Shown here: piece after piece, positions 35,544 through 44,528 of the stretch
Numbering within the stretch: position 1 is the first letter of the stretch
Layout: every line of letters begins with the position of its first letter
Assembly: GCA_963768175.1 (NCBI GenBank)
Contig: CAVYGQ010000001.1
Span: forward strand, 318,305 to 382,304
DNA from: Candidatus Doudnabacteria bacterium
Lineage (GTDB): Bacteria > Patescibacteriota > Doudnabacteria > UBA920
Direction: 5' to 3'
Length of the DNA stretch: 64,000 bases
Made by a program: the position numbers and the translations under genes
Notes under the pieces: model-generated
Told to the model about the DNA's origin: nothing
What the model saw: only the letters and a program-made list of their open reading frames with translations
Database searches by the model: none

Positions 35544-36179
35544 TTAATTATTATTGAAGGATGTTAAATTTCTGACGTCTTGGTTGTGTATTTTAAGAGC
35601 TTCTTTATCTTGGATATTGGCATTTACCAGAATCTCATATATCTTGTCTCGGTCAGAGTCGGAGAGCACTGGAACAGTAAACTCTTCTATTTTATCAAGC
35701 ATATCTTCAGCATATCCTACGGAATCTGTCCCAGAAATTTCAAGTTTACCTGCGGATGGAAATACCACAAAGGAGGAAATAGGAACTTTGGGATATAAAG
35801 GACTAACTAAAGCCTCTATAGCTTTGGTGTGGGCATAATTTTGTCGTAATGGGTTATAAAACCTTTGTCTATAGTTATATATGACTTGAGTCCAATATTG
35901 CTGATGGGCACCGCCGAAAATCCACCCTTCGTAGTCTTTTGTCTCAATACAAAAAATACCATAATTTGAAATAACAACGTGGTCAATCTGCGTGGTATCT
36001 GTGTTTCCCAGAGATGGCAAAAGTAGATTATTTAAAACCTTATAATGTACAGGGTCTAATTGTAATAGGTCATTTGCTACAAACTCTTCGCCCATTCTGC
36101 CTTTCCAGACTGGATATTTTATTTTAACCCAAATTGCTATTACAAATATTACAATAGCAATAAAAAATAAAAAGCCCAT
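35544..36179 (-). CDS. NERD-domain membrane-anchored protein
   Basis: N-terminal TM, then GRMGEEFVANDL...IDHVVISNYGIFCIETKDYEGWIFG matches NERD (nuclease-related domain) conserved blocks. Confidence 0.6.
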   Translation of the reverse strand: MGFLFFIAIVIFVIAIWVKIKYPVWKGRMGEEFVANDLLQLDPVHYKVLNNLLLPSLGNTDTTQIDHVVISNYGIFCIETKDYEGWIFGGAHQQYWTQVIYNYRQRFYNPLRQNYAHTKAIEALVSPLYPKVPISSFVVFPSAGKLEISGTDSVGYAEDMLDKIEEFTVPVLSDSDRDKIYEILVNANIQDKEALKIHNQDVRNLTSFNNN

Positions 36180-36331
36180 ATAAAAATTTATTTATTAGAA
36201 ATTGTCCTTAAATAATCAACTAATTGGTCATATTGTCCACGCAAAAGAGGTGCTGGTGCCCGGCTCCATAATTAATCGATTCAGCAAAAACCTTAGCATA
36301 CTCCCGGTTTTTAGGTTCCAACTAATTCTGT

Positions 36332-36526
36332 TTACCGTTTTCTAACCTGATTATCAACCCAACCCATTCCTGCTGAAATTATGATAAATATTACCCATAC
36401 TTTCCAGAGGCGGATAAAATACAAATAAACAAGAAATTTTAACACGGGCCAGGTATAAATAGCAACGTTTTTCGTAAATTCCCAATAACTAGGGAGATTC
36501 ACTAACGCCGGTGTTGTTGTAGCCAT
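36332..36526 (-). CDS. Small hydrophobic ORF (doubtful)
   Basis: 64 aa with a weak codon signal. Confidence 0.2.
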   Translation of the reverse strand: MATTTPALVNLPSYWEFTKNVAIYTWPVLKFLVYLYFIRLWKVWVIFIIISAGMGWVDNQVRKR

Positions 36527-36793
36527 TTTCTTATTTTAATTTTCAAAGAGCCGGCACAAGAAACACAAAGCCCCGCGCCAGCAGGTTTTTAAGCCCCAGC
36601 TTTTTTAGAAACGGACTCTAAAATCATTATTTACACCCTAAGAATACGCTTATTCAAAACAAATGTAAACCCCGCACCACGCCTTTACAGGCGTGGTCTT
36701 GGGGAATTACGCTGCGCGTTTTTATAGCATTCAGCCCCATCTTTACAGATGGGGCTTTCTGCGTGGTGCGGGGTAAATATCTTACTCTTAATA

Positions 36794-36822
36794 AAACAAA
36801 AACAGCCGCTTTAACGGCTGTC
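36794..36822 (-). terminator. Intrinsic terminator on the minus strand, downstream of tRNA-Trp
   Basis: The reverse complement reads acagccgttaaagcggctgtttttgtttt. Confidence 0.5.
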
Positions 36823-36830
36823 ATTACACA

Positions 36831-36866
36831 ATGGCAGGGGGTTGAAGGAGTCGAACCCGCACAATT
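36831..36866 (-). pseudogene. Duplicated 3'-end fragment of tRNA-Trp (pseudo-tRNA)
   Basis: tggcagggggttgaaggagtcgaacc repeats the T-arm and acceptor 3' end of the intact tRNA 60 bp away. The upstream part does not fold as a tRNA. Confidence 0.45.
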
Positions 36867-36891
36867 GTCAATTTTTTATTATCACCCTTTT

Positions 36892-36965
36892 TGGCAGGGG
36901 ATGAAGGAGTCGAACCTTCGCAATTGGTTTTGGAGACCAATGTACTACCGTTATACGAACCCCCC
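36892..36965 (-). tRNA. tRNA-Trp (anticodon CCA)
   Basis: Reverse complement gives anticodon stem-loop TTGGT-CTCCAAA-ACCAA, T-arm GAAGGTTCGACTCCTTC, and CCA end. The acceptor stem contains G-U pairs and the exact 5' boundary is uncertain by 1-2 nt. Confidence 0.65.
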
Positions 36966-37125
36966 ACCAAAAAGGTTGATTTATTTAAATAGAGTTTTGT
37001 CCCGATGTCCGCTTAGCGGAATCGGGATCCCGACTGAAACGTCGGGAGAGACCACTGTGATACCGTTTCACCAAGCCCCCAGGGGGAAGGAATATTGAAT
37101 TTAGAATATTGAATATTGACGAACG

Positions 37126-37512
37126 CTAACCTTTTAAAAATTCCTTAGTCTTTTTAATTAATCCCGATAGAAGTTTGCTAACGACAACTATCTGATTGTT
37201 TAACTTACTGAATAATTCGCCTTTTATATAACTTAGGTCTTTTGCTATTATAAGTTGGTTTTCAATTTCGGTCAGCGAACCAAGCGCTACGCAATAAAAC
37301 TGCAGTTTATCTTTGTAAGTATTCCTGCTAAAGCCTTCCGCTATATTTGAAGTCAAAGAGACAGAAGCCCGTCTCAGTTGGGAGATTAATCCAAAAATTT
37401 CTGATTTTGGGAAAGCTTCCGTCTCTTTATATATTAGCAGCACAAGAGCATGCGCTTCTTTCCAGGAATTTAAATCTTTGAACGATTGAATTCTTTTTGG
37501 TTCAATATTCAT
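37126..37512 (-). CDS. Four-helix-bundle protein (23S rRNA intervening-sequence-protein family)
   Basis: LISQLRRASVSLTSNIAEGFSRNTYKDKLQFYCVALGSLTEIENQLIIA matches the conserved core of this family (TIGR02436-like). Confidence 0.6.
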   Translation of the reverse strand: MNIEPKRIQSFKDLNSWKEAHALVLLIYKETEAFPKSEIFGLISQLRRASVSLTSNIAEGFSRNTYKDKLQFYCVALGSLTEIENQLIIAKDLSYIKGELFSKLNNQIVVVSKLLSGLIKKTKEFLKG

Positions 37513-37942
37513 AATTCAAGATTCTAAATTCTTGCTACTTCGTTTCTTTGTGCGCAGTTTTCTTTTTGCAGAATTTGCAGAATTTTTGCAGTTCCAGACG
37601 CTTAGCGGTATTTTTTTTGTTCTTCGTGGTTTGATAATTCAAATTATGGCAAATCGTGCATTCCATATTTATCAGGTTATCTTGGGACATAGGAGATTAG
37701 ATTTAAGATTAAAGATTTGTGATTTAGGGTTTTCCTGGGCGTCAGGAAAATCCAAATGTATCATTTTGATCCATTAGAGATGAAGGCGCTTGCACTTCGT
37801 AGTCACCCGCAGGGTGACGAAGAGGTGGAGCCAGCTGTCGGACTCACCACAGTCATCCGACGTGGCTCCCTATCGAATGATAGGGCGAACCGACGAACTA
37901 TTTACCCCGCACCATTTATCAAAAAATCAACTTAAAATTTAG

Positions 37943-38018
37943 TGGAGCCGATGGTCGGGCTTGAACCGACGACCTACGGTTTACAAAACCGTTGCTCTAC
38001 CAACTGAGCTACATCGGC
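37943..38018 (-). tRNA. tRNA-Thr (anticodon UGU)
   Basis: Reverse complement gives GCCGATGTAGCTCAGTTGGTAGAGCAACGGTTTTGTAAACCGTAGGTCGTCGGTTCAAGCCCGACCATCGGCTCCA. This is a perfect cloverleaf with anticodon loop TTTGTAA. Confidence 0.85.
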
Positions 38019-38322
38019 AATATGACCGATGATATAATTGATAAATGGTGCGGGGCGGTTTACCCGCCTTCGCCAAGGCTCTAGCGGACTTTCAGCAAAA
38101 CCGTTGCTCTACTTCACCCCGTTAAATAATTCCAACTTATGTTGGAATGCCGCGAAGCGGCATTTAACGGGGCAAGGATGAGCTAAGCTGGCAAGCTTTA
38201 TATATTTTACTATAAATAACCCAAATTGTCCATACACATACGGCTAAAAAACCTTTATCCCAGACAAGTTATTTGCTATAATTAGCTTATATCCAGCTTA
38301 GATTACTATTAAACTTACACTT

Positions 38323-38679
38323 ATGTCACAAATGGATCAAGCGCCAACTCCTTTGCCACCGGAAGAGCAAACAAAATTAGTAGAAGCTTTTATAGCTCAA
38401 AATTTTTCCAGCTTTGAAGAACTTATTTCGGGATTAAGAAGACTAGAACAGCAGGGAGTAAAGACCTTAATGGGCAGCCATGGAAAACCTCATGAGCTAT
38501 CTTCTCAAATCCAAAAATTGGAAGAATTCTTACAGCAACTCAGAAGATCTGCGGAATCACCAACAAGAGCGTCTGATGCCCAAAAATTTACTATTTATAC
38601 AATAAAAAAATTTTATGGCATCACCGAACTGATTGCCAAAAAACTAATGCCTTTGATGGACGAATATTACAAACAGTAA
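38323..38679 (+). CDS. Hypothetical protein
   Basis: 118-aa helical ORF. Confidence 0.4.
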   Translation: MSQMDQAPTPLPPEEQTKLVEAFIAQNFSSFEELISGLRRLEQQGVKTLMGSHGKPHELSSQIQKLEEFLQQLRRSAESPTRASDAQKFTIYTIKKFYGITELIAKKLMPLMDEYYKQ

Positions 38680-38855
38680 AGGGTTAAATAAACAGGCAAA
38701 AATCCGATGAACACAGAAAGTTTTTTACTATAATACAATTATGGACGTTAAAGATAAAGTTATAATTATTTCCGAAAAGCCCGAAGCCATGATGTAATCC
38801 TATAATCATCCTTACATTCTTAAGTATGTAAGGATGATGTCTAAAATTTAAAAAT

Positions 38856-40385
38856 ATGCCAAATCCTGTTTGCCTCATAATTCTTGACGGCTGGGGCTAT
38901 CGCGAAAATCCGGAAAACAACGCCATCGCGCAGGCCAAGACGGCCTTTTTTGACGCTCTGCTAAAAAAATATCCGCACACGCAGCTTTTCGCCAGCGAAG
39001 AACACGTGGGCCTACCCAAAGGACAAATCGGCAACAGCGAAATCGGCCATATGACCATGGGCACCGGCCAGGTTTTGGACGTGGATTTGGTAAAAATCAA
39101 CAAAGCGGCGCAAAAAGGCGAATTCCACACTAATCCCGCCTTTTTGCAACTTTTTGACCACGTCAAGCAATACAATTCCACTCTACATGTCGTAGGTATG
39201 GTAAGCCCTGGCGGAGTCCACAGCCATCAGGACCATTTGCACGAATTCCTAAAAGCCGCCAAAACTGCCGGCGTAGAAAAAGTCGCCATTCACGCCATTA
39301 CCGACGGGCGTGATTTGCCTCCGCAAAGCGGCGCCCAATACCTAAAAGACCTGGAAAAAGTTTTGGCCGATTTAAAAATCGGTTTTATCGCCACCGTACA
39401 CGGGCGTTTTTACGCGATGGACCGAGACAAAAACTGGGAACGCTTGGCAAAAACCGAAGCTGCTATTTTTGAAAGCAAAGGCAAGGTCGTGCGGGCAAAA
39501 AAACCGTCCGAAGTCCTAAATGAGCTTTACAAACAAGGGGTTGTGGACGAGCATGTTGAACCGATAGTATTTTTGGACGAAACCGGCAAAGGCTGGCCCA
39601 TTTCGCAAAACGACGGCGTGTTCTTTTTTAACTACCGGCCCGACCGCGCCAGGCAGCTGGCCAAAAAAATCCTGGAAAAAAAGCAGACCCACAACCTGTG
39701 TTTTGTCACGCTTACCGAGTACGACAAAACTTTTGAAACGCTGGTTGCTTTTCCGCAAAGCAAAATCGATACATCTTTGGCCGCGGAAATATCCAAAGCC
39801 GGCTTAAAACAGTCACACATCGCGGAAACGGAAAAATACGCGCACGTAACTTACTTTTTTAACGGCGGACACGAACAGCCTCATAAAAACGAACACTTCT
39901 TTTTAATAGACAGCCGGCGAGACGTACCGACCCACGATTTGGCGCCGGAAATGCGCGCGCACGAAATTGCGGACAAAACCGTGGAAAGAATAAAGGCCGG
40001 CGACAATTTTTTGGTTATTAACTTTGCCAACGCCGACATGGTCGGCCACACGGCTAACCAAAGCGCGATTATAACGGCCGTGGAAACCGTAGACAGGGAA
40101 CTAAAAAGGGTGGTTGAAGAAGTTACAAAACACGATGGAATAGCTATTGTTACCGCGGACCACGGCAACGCCGAAGTAAATATAGACGAAAAAACCGGCG
40201 AAAAGCATACCGCCCACACCACCAACTTAGTCCCATTTATCTTGGTCAGTAATGTCATTCCCGCGAAAGCGGGAATCTTGCGCCCATTGGGCACCCTCGC
40301 CGACATCGCTCCCACCATTTTGGAGCTGATGAATTTAAAAAAACCCGCCTCAATGACGGGAAAAAGTTTAATTGTGTTAAATTAA
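38856..40385 (+). CDS. gpmI: 2,3-bisphosphoglycerate-independent phosphoglycerate mutase
   Basis: Conserved CLIILDGWG, NSEIGHMTMGTG, DGRD, ADHGNAE and C-terminal ADIAPTIL blocks. Contains a 30-bp palindromic element in-frame near the C-terminus. Confidence 0.9.
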   Translation: MPNPVCLIILDGWGYRENPENNAIAQAKTAFFDALLKKYPHTQLFASEEHVGLPKGQIGNSEIGHMTMGTGQVLDVDLVKINKAAQKGEFHTNPAFLQLFDHVKQYNSTLHVVGMVSPGGVHSHQDHLHEFLKAAKTAGVEKVAIHAITDGRDLPPQSGAQYLKDLEKVLADLKIGFIATVHGRFYAMDRDKNWERLAKTEAAIFESKGKVVRAKKPSEVLNELYKQGVVDEHVEPIVFLDETGKGWPISQNDGVFFFNYRPDRARQLAKKILEKKQTHNLCFVTLTEYDKTFETLVAFPQSKIDTSLAAEISKAGLKQSHIAETEKYAHVTYFFNGGHEQPHKNEHFFLIDSRRDVPTHDLAPEMRAHEIADKTVERIKAGDNFLVINFANADMVGHTANQSAIITAVETVDRELKRVVEEVTKHDGIAIVTADHGNAEVNIDEKTGEKHTAHTTNLVPFILVSNVIPAKAGILRPLGTLADIAPTILELMNLKKPASMTGKSLIVLN

Positions 40386-40430
40386 TACACACTGGAATTT
40401 ATACTCATTATTGAATTTTACATGGCAGAG

Positions 40431-40850
40431 AGGTCGACGGCGCGCCTCTCTGCCATGCGTGCTACAGGACGGTGCCCTACTCCTGACCGGCCCAAGCGGC
40501 TTGGCCGAGCTGGACGCCCTGAGTGACATGGGCGGCCTGGGTGGTGTCGGTAGTTGTGCCAACCAACTCCGGGTTCTTCAGCTTCAACTGCAAGATCCCC
40601 GAAGACGGCTCCTGGCAGGGTTCGAAGACCGGGATACCAGTTCTCGTGAACTTGAGCTGGTACATATCCGATCCGCTGGGCGATCTTTTGCCCCTGGCGT
40701 ATACGACCCCGGAGATCACACAAGCCTCTCCGGCATTCATTTGCTTCACTGCTTCCCGAACCTGCTCTTCTAGGCTACTAGTAGCGCTGGGCACTATGGA
40801 ATTCCTCCGTAGATAAAATTTAATCTTAAATAACTTTTTTGTCAACATCC
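40431..40850. other. GC-rich (about 60% GC) anomalous island with no convincing gene, opening with a 37-bp palindrome
   Basis: catggcagagagg-tcgacggcgcg-cctctctgccatg at 40431..40467. The overlapping ORFs on both strands have implausible composition. GC is far above the window mean. Confidence 0.4.
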
Positions 40851-40878
40851 CAAATTCCCACTATAATAACTAATAAAT

Positions 40879-42630
40879 ATGAAATCCCTAACCCGCAAAA
40901 CTTTTGATATTTTTGCCCAGCACTCCAAGCCGTACAAAAAAATGATTATGTTGGTGCTGCTCGGACTGGTTTTCGGCGTGGCTTTTGACACCTACCAGCC
41001 GTTTTTATATAAGGCGTTATTTAATCTTTTAGCCGCGGGCAACATTGCGGCAACCGGGCAAATGCTCAATATTGTCTGGAAAGTTTTGGCGATAAGTTTG
41101 TTTTCCTGGGCGGCTTGGCGGACTTCGCAATTTGCCCTGAATTTTTACGAAGCCAACGTCATGTCGGATTTGCTGAATACCTGTTTCGCGTATTTGCAAA
41201 ATCATTCTTATGGGTTTTTTTCCAACAATTTTTCCGGCAGTTTGGTACGCAAAGTCAACCGCTACAGCCGGACTTTTGAAGATTTATCCGACATCTTTTT
41301 CCAGAATATGCTGCAGACCGCCCTGCAGGTTATGATTATTATAGTTGTGCTGTTTATTTACTTCCGCCCCTTGGGCTGGATAGTCCTAATCTGGTCTTTG
41401 CTCTACATTTACTTTAACTACCGTTTTGCCTTGTGGAAAATAAAATATGATGTCGCCCGGGCCGCACAGGATACCAAAGTCAGCGGCCAGTTGGCCGATA
41501 CGGTAAGCAACAACATCAACCTTAAGCTGTTTAACGGCCTAAAAAAGGAAACCGAAGATTATAAAAGTTTGACTGGCGAGCTTTACCGTTTGCGTCTGCT
41601 CGGCTGGAATTTGGGGCAGATCTCCGAAACCGTGCAGGGGGCGCTGGTGGTCATTTTGGAATTCGGCGTAATGTACGCCGCGGTTTTGCTGTGGCAAAAA
41701 CATCTGCTGACCGTCGGTGATTTTGCTTTGCTGCAGGCTTACCTTATCCAAATTTTCCAGCAGCTTTGGAATTTCGGCCGCTTTGTCCGCCGCATTTACG
41801 AAAGCGTGGCCGATGCCAACGAGATGACGGAAATTTTGAAAATGCCGCATGAAGTACAGGATATTCCCAACGCCGATAATTTGCGCGTAAACAAGGGAAA
41901 AATTGAACTTCGTGGCGTGGACTTTGCTTATGAAAACAATCCGCCGGTGCTAAAAAACTTTAATTTGATTATTTCGCCCGGCGAACGCGCGGCGCTTATC
42001 GGCCCTTCCGGCGGCGGCAAATCCACCATTGTAAAACTGCTTTTGCGCTTTACGGACATCCAAGGCGGCGAAATCCTGATTGACGAACAGAACATTGCCA
42101 AGGTTGTCCAGGAGTTTTTGCGCGCCAACATTTCCCTGGTGCCGCAGGAACCGATTCTTTTTCATCGCAGCCTGATGGAAAATATCCGTTACGGCAAGCC
42201 ACAAGCTACGGAAGAACAAATTATCGCGGCGGCTAAGCTGGCCCATGCCGATGAGTTTATAACCAAGTTTCCCCAGGGCTACCAGACTTTTGTTGGGGAG
42301 CGGGGGATTAAGCTTTCGGGTGGGGAACGCCAGCGCGTGGCCATTGCCAGGGCCATACTGAAAAACGCGCCCATTTTAATTTTGGACGAAGCGACTTCCT
42401 CACTTGATTCCGAAAGTGAACACTTTATCCAGGATGCGTTAAAAAATTTAATGCAAGGCAAAACCGTTATTGTCATCGCCCACCGCCTAAGCACCATTAT
42501 GCAAATGGATAGGATTATTGTTTTGCAAGACGGCAAAATTACCGAACAAGGCAAACACGAAGAGCTGCTCAAAGTTGAACAGGGCACCTACCAAAAATTG
42601 TGGCAAATCCAGGCGGGGGGATTTGCTTAA
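40879..42630 (+). CDS. ABC transporter permease/ATP-binding fusion protein (type I exporter, MsbA-like)
   Basis: Six-TM N-terminal domain, Walker A GPSGGGKST, signature LSGGERQRVAIARA, Walker B ILILDEATS. Confidence 0.85.
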   Translation: MKSLTRKTFDIFAQHSKPYKKMIMLVLLGLVFGVAFDTYQPFLYKALFNLLAAGNIAATGQMLNIVWKVLAISLFSWAAWRTSQFALNFYEANVMSDLLNTCFAYLQNHSYGFFSNNFSGSLVRKVNRYSRTFEDLSDIFFQNMLQTALQVMIIIVVLFIYFRPLGWIVLIWSLLYIYFNYRFALWKIKYDVARAAQDTKVSGQLADTVSNNINLKLFNGLKKETEDYKSLTGELYRLRLLGWNLGQISETVQGALVVILEFGVMYAAVLLWQKHLLTVGDFALLQAYLIQIFQQLWNFGRFVRRIYESVADANEMTEILKMPHEVQDIPNADNLRVNKGKIELRGVDFAYENNPPVLKNFNLIISPGERAALIGPSGGGKSTIVKLLLRFTDIQGGEILIDEQNIAKVVQEFLRANISLVPQEPILFHRSLMENIRYGKPQATEEQIIAAAKLAHADEFITKFPQGYQTFVGERGIKLSGGERQRVAIARAILKNAPILILDEATSSLDSESEHFIQDALKNLMQGKTVIVIAHRLSTIMQMDRIIVLQDGKITEQGKHEELLKVEQGTYQKLWQIQAGGFA

Positions 42631-42814
42631 GGGTTGATAGGCATCTTCGGTTGAAGGGAGTCTCTTACTACAAAATTAGCCGGCCGATTTCTGTTAGTTT
42701 GATTACAAATAAAAAATAATCTTGTTATCCATAACGAAGACTCCCTTCAATCCTGGTTTTAAAAAACCTCCGCTCTCGCAAACTTAGATTTTTTTGTTTT
42801 GATTACGATATAAT

Positions 42815-43672
42815 TTGTTTGTGGCTAAAGCCGACTTACAATTTAACTTTTTGGCTTTCCTCAAAGGCCTTTGGCTGCTCAAAGAAAAGCCGTTACGCTA
42901 TGGCACCAAAAAATTCATTTTGGCTTTTTGGAAATACTATCTGCGCATACAATACTCAAACTTGGGCAAGCCGATTGTGGTTTCCTTACCGATTGACAAA
43001 AAAATTCCGTCCATACCTTCGGCAATAAAAACTTACAATAGCTATTTGCCGGTTTTTGGGGGCTGCGCTTACTGGGCCAGCCGTGAATTCGGAAAAAGAT
43101 CGTTGCAAGACATCGGCAAATTTTTTGAAGGGCTTAATGAATATTACAAGGATGCCGCGATAATTTTTAAAAACGCGCCCACAACCTGCGGCAGATCCGG
43201 ATATGGCGGAATTTTAACGGGAATAATAAGGCTTTTTGACCGCGACCTAAACGCGGCGCCAAGCCTCCATGTAGTATTGGTTGCCAGCTGGTACATGAAT
43301 TTTACGGAGATGATAAATACTTATGCCAACAGCTCCACTTCTTATGACGGCATCAAACAAAAAATTTTTAACCAAACCGTCAAAATAATTGAATCAACTT
43401 TGTTAACCAAACAGCACTGCGTAATGGATATCGCCCTGGCTTTTACCTTTCTTTCATGTCGTGACAGAAACTTTACCCAAGAGCGGGCAAAAAAATTTAC
43501 ATACGCTCTGTTTTCCCAATTTGATTATAGGATGGGCAAACAAACTGTGGCGGAAATCCAATCGGCAATTTTGGACATTTATTCCCAAACCTTAGCATTA
43601 TGCGAAGCCAGCGGGGATAAAAAAGGCCTTAATATCATAATCCCATTCCTTCAAGGATTACGCACTACGTAG
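42815..43672 (+). CDS. Hypothetical protein
   Basis: 285-aa ORF. Confidence 0.4.
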   Translation: MFVAKADLQFNFLAFLKGLWLLKEKPLRYGTKKFILAFWKYYLRIQYSNLGKPIVVSLPIDKKIPSIPSAIKTYNSYLPVFGGCAYWASREFGKRSLQDIGKFFEGLNEYYKDAAIIFKNAPTTCGRSGYGGILTGIIRLFDRDLNAAPSLHVVLVASWYMNFTEMINTYANSSTSYDGIKQKIFNQTVKIIESTLLTKQHCVMDIALAFTFLSCRDRNFTQERAKKFTYALFSQFDYRMGKQTVAEIQSAILDIYSQTLALCEASGDKKGLNIIIPFLQGLRTT

Positions 43673-43790
43673 ATTTTAGCTAAAGTAACCGGCACCTGCA
43701 TTTATAGGAAAAAAATAGCAACCAAAACAGTGGAGGAAGCGCCTTCTGGGCGCTTTTTATTTTCAAAAATGCTATAATACTTTTATTAAT

Positions 43791-44465
43791 ATGGATTACC
43801 TTGCCGAGATTGCCAAAACTAAGCTGCCTTTTGAACCTGTAGATATGCCTTTGGCCAAACGGGTTTTTGACATTATTATGGCGTGTCTGTTAACCCTGCT
43901 TTTGTCTCCGCTAATTTTATTGATTTTAATTTTATTTTTTCTTGAACAAATATTTGTGCCTCCCAGCCGGGGACCGCTGTTTTATTCGGAAACGAGAATC
44001 TCCAAAGGCCGGCCGTTTACTATTTTTAAATTTAGGATTTTTAAAATCCGAAGCAGCGGGGATTATTTTAAACAGCACGGTTATGTAGAAACCAAAGCTT
44101 TGGAAAACAACAAAAATAATTTAACCCTAACCGGCAAAATTCTCAAACAAATTTACATGGATGAATTTCCCCAGCTTTATAACGTACTGAGAGGGGATAT
44201 GACACTGGTGGGACCGCGCCCTTCCAACGTGGTGGTTACCTGGCAGGACGGCCAAAACGGCCGTTTCCAAAGATATTTGTTTACCGGCGGAATTACCGGC
44301 CCGTTCCAGGTGGTAAAAGATTCCGAGACGGTCCATAACCAAAGCCAAATCGACATGGACTACATCCAGTTTTGCAAAAACAACCCCGGCTGGAAAGTAG
44401 TGCTTAAAGACCTAAAATGCCTGCTTAGCACGATTTTTACGGTTATCCGGGCCAAGGGGGTTTAA
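43791..44465 (+). CDS. Polyprenyl-phosphate sugar phosphotransferase (bacterial sugar transferase family)
   Basis: KRVFDIIMACLLTLLLSPL TM segment and conserved DEFPQLYNVLRGDMTLVGPRP. Confidence 0.75.
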   Translation: MDYLAEIAKTKLPFEPVDMPLAKRVFDIIMACLLTLLLSPLILLILILFFLEQIFVPPSRGPLFYSETRISKGRPFTIFKFRIFKIRSSGDYFKQHGYVETKALENNKNNLTLTGKILKQIYMDEFPQLYNVLRGDMTLVGPRPSNVVVTWQDGQNGRFQRYLFTGGITGPFQVVKDSETVHNQSQIDMDYIQFCKNNPGWKVVLKDLKCLLSTIFTVIRAKGV

Positions 44466-44528
44466 ATAATTTGCCAAAAAAGCTATTGTGAATTATTATA
44501 ATAGTGAACTATCGTATACTATTAAAAT

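Noticed and set aside
36831-36965. Duplicated tRNA-Trp 3' end as attL/attR of an integrated element
   Set aside because: The two copies are only about 60 bp apart and no integrase or cargo lies between them. It is more likely a recombination scar, so no mobile element was called.
40400-40850. GC-rich islands (also 60900..61380) as rRNA fragments, RNase P RNA or tmRNA
   Set aside because: By-eye checks for universally conserved rRNA blocks (for example GTGCCAGCAGCCGCGGTAA), RNase P P4 sequences and the tmRNA tRNA-like end found no matches. Left as unexplained.
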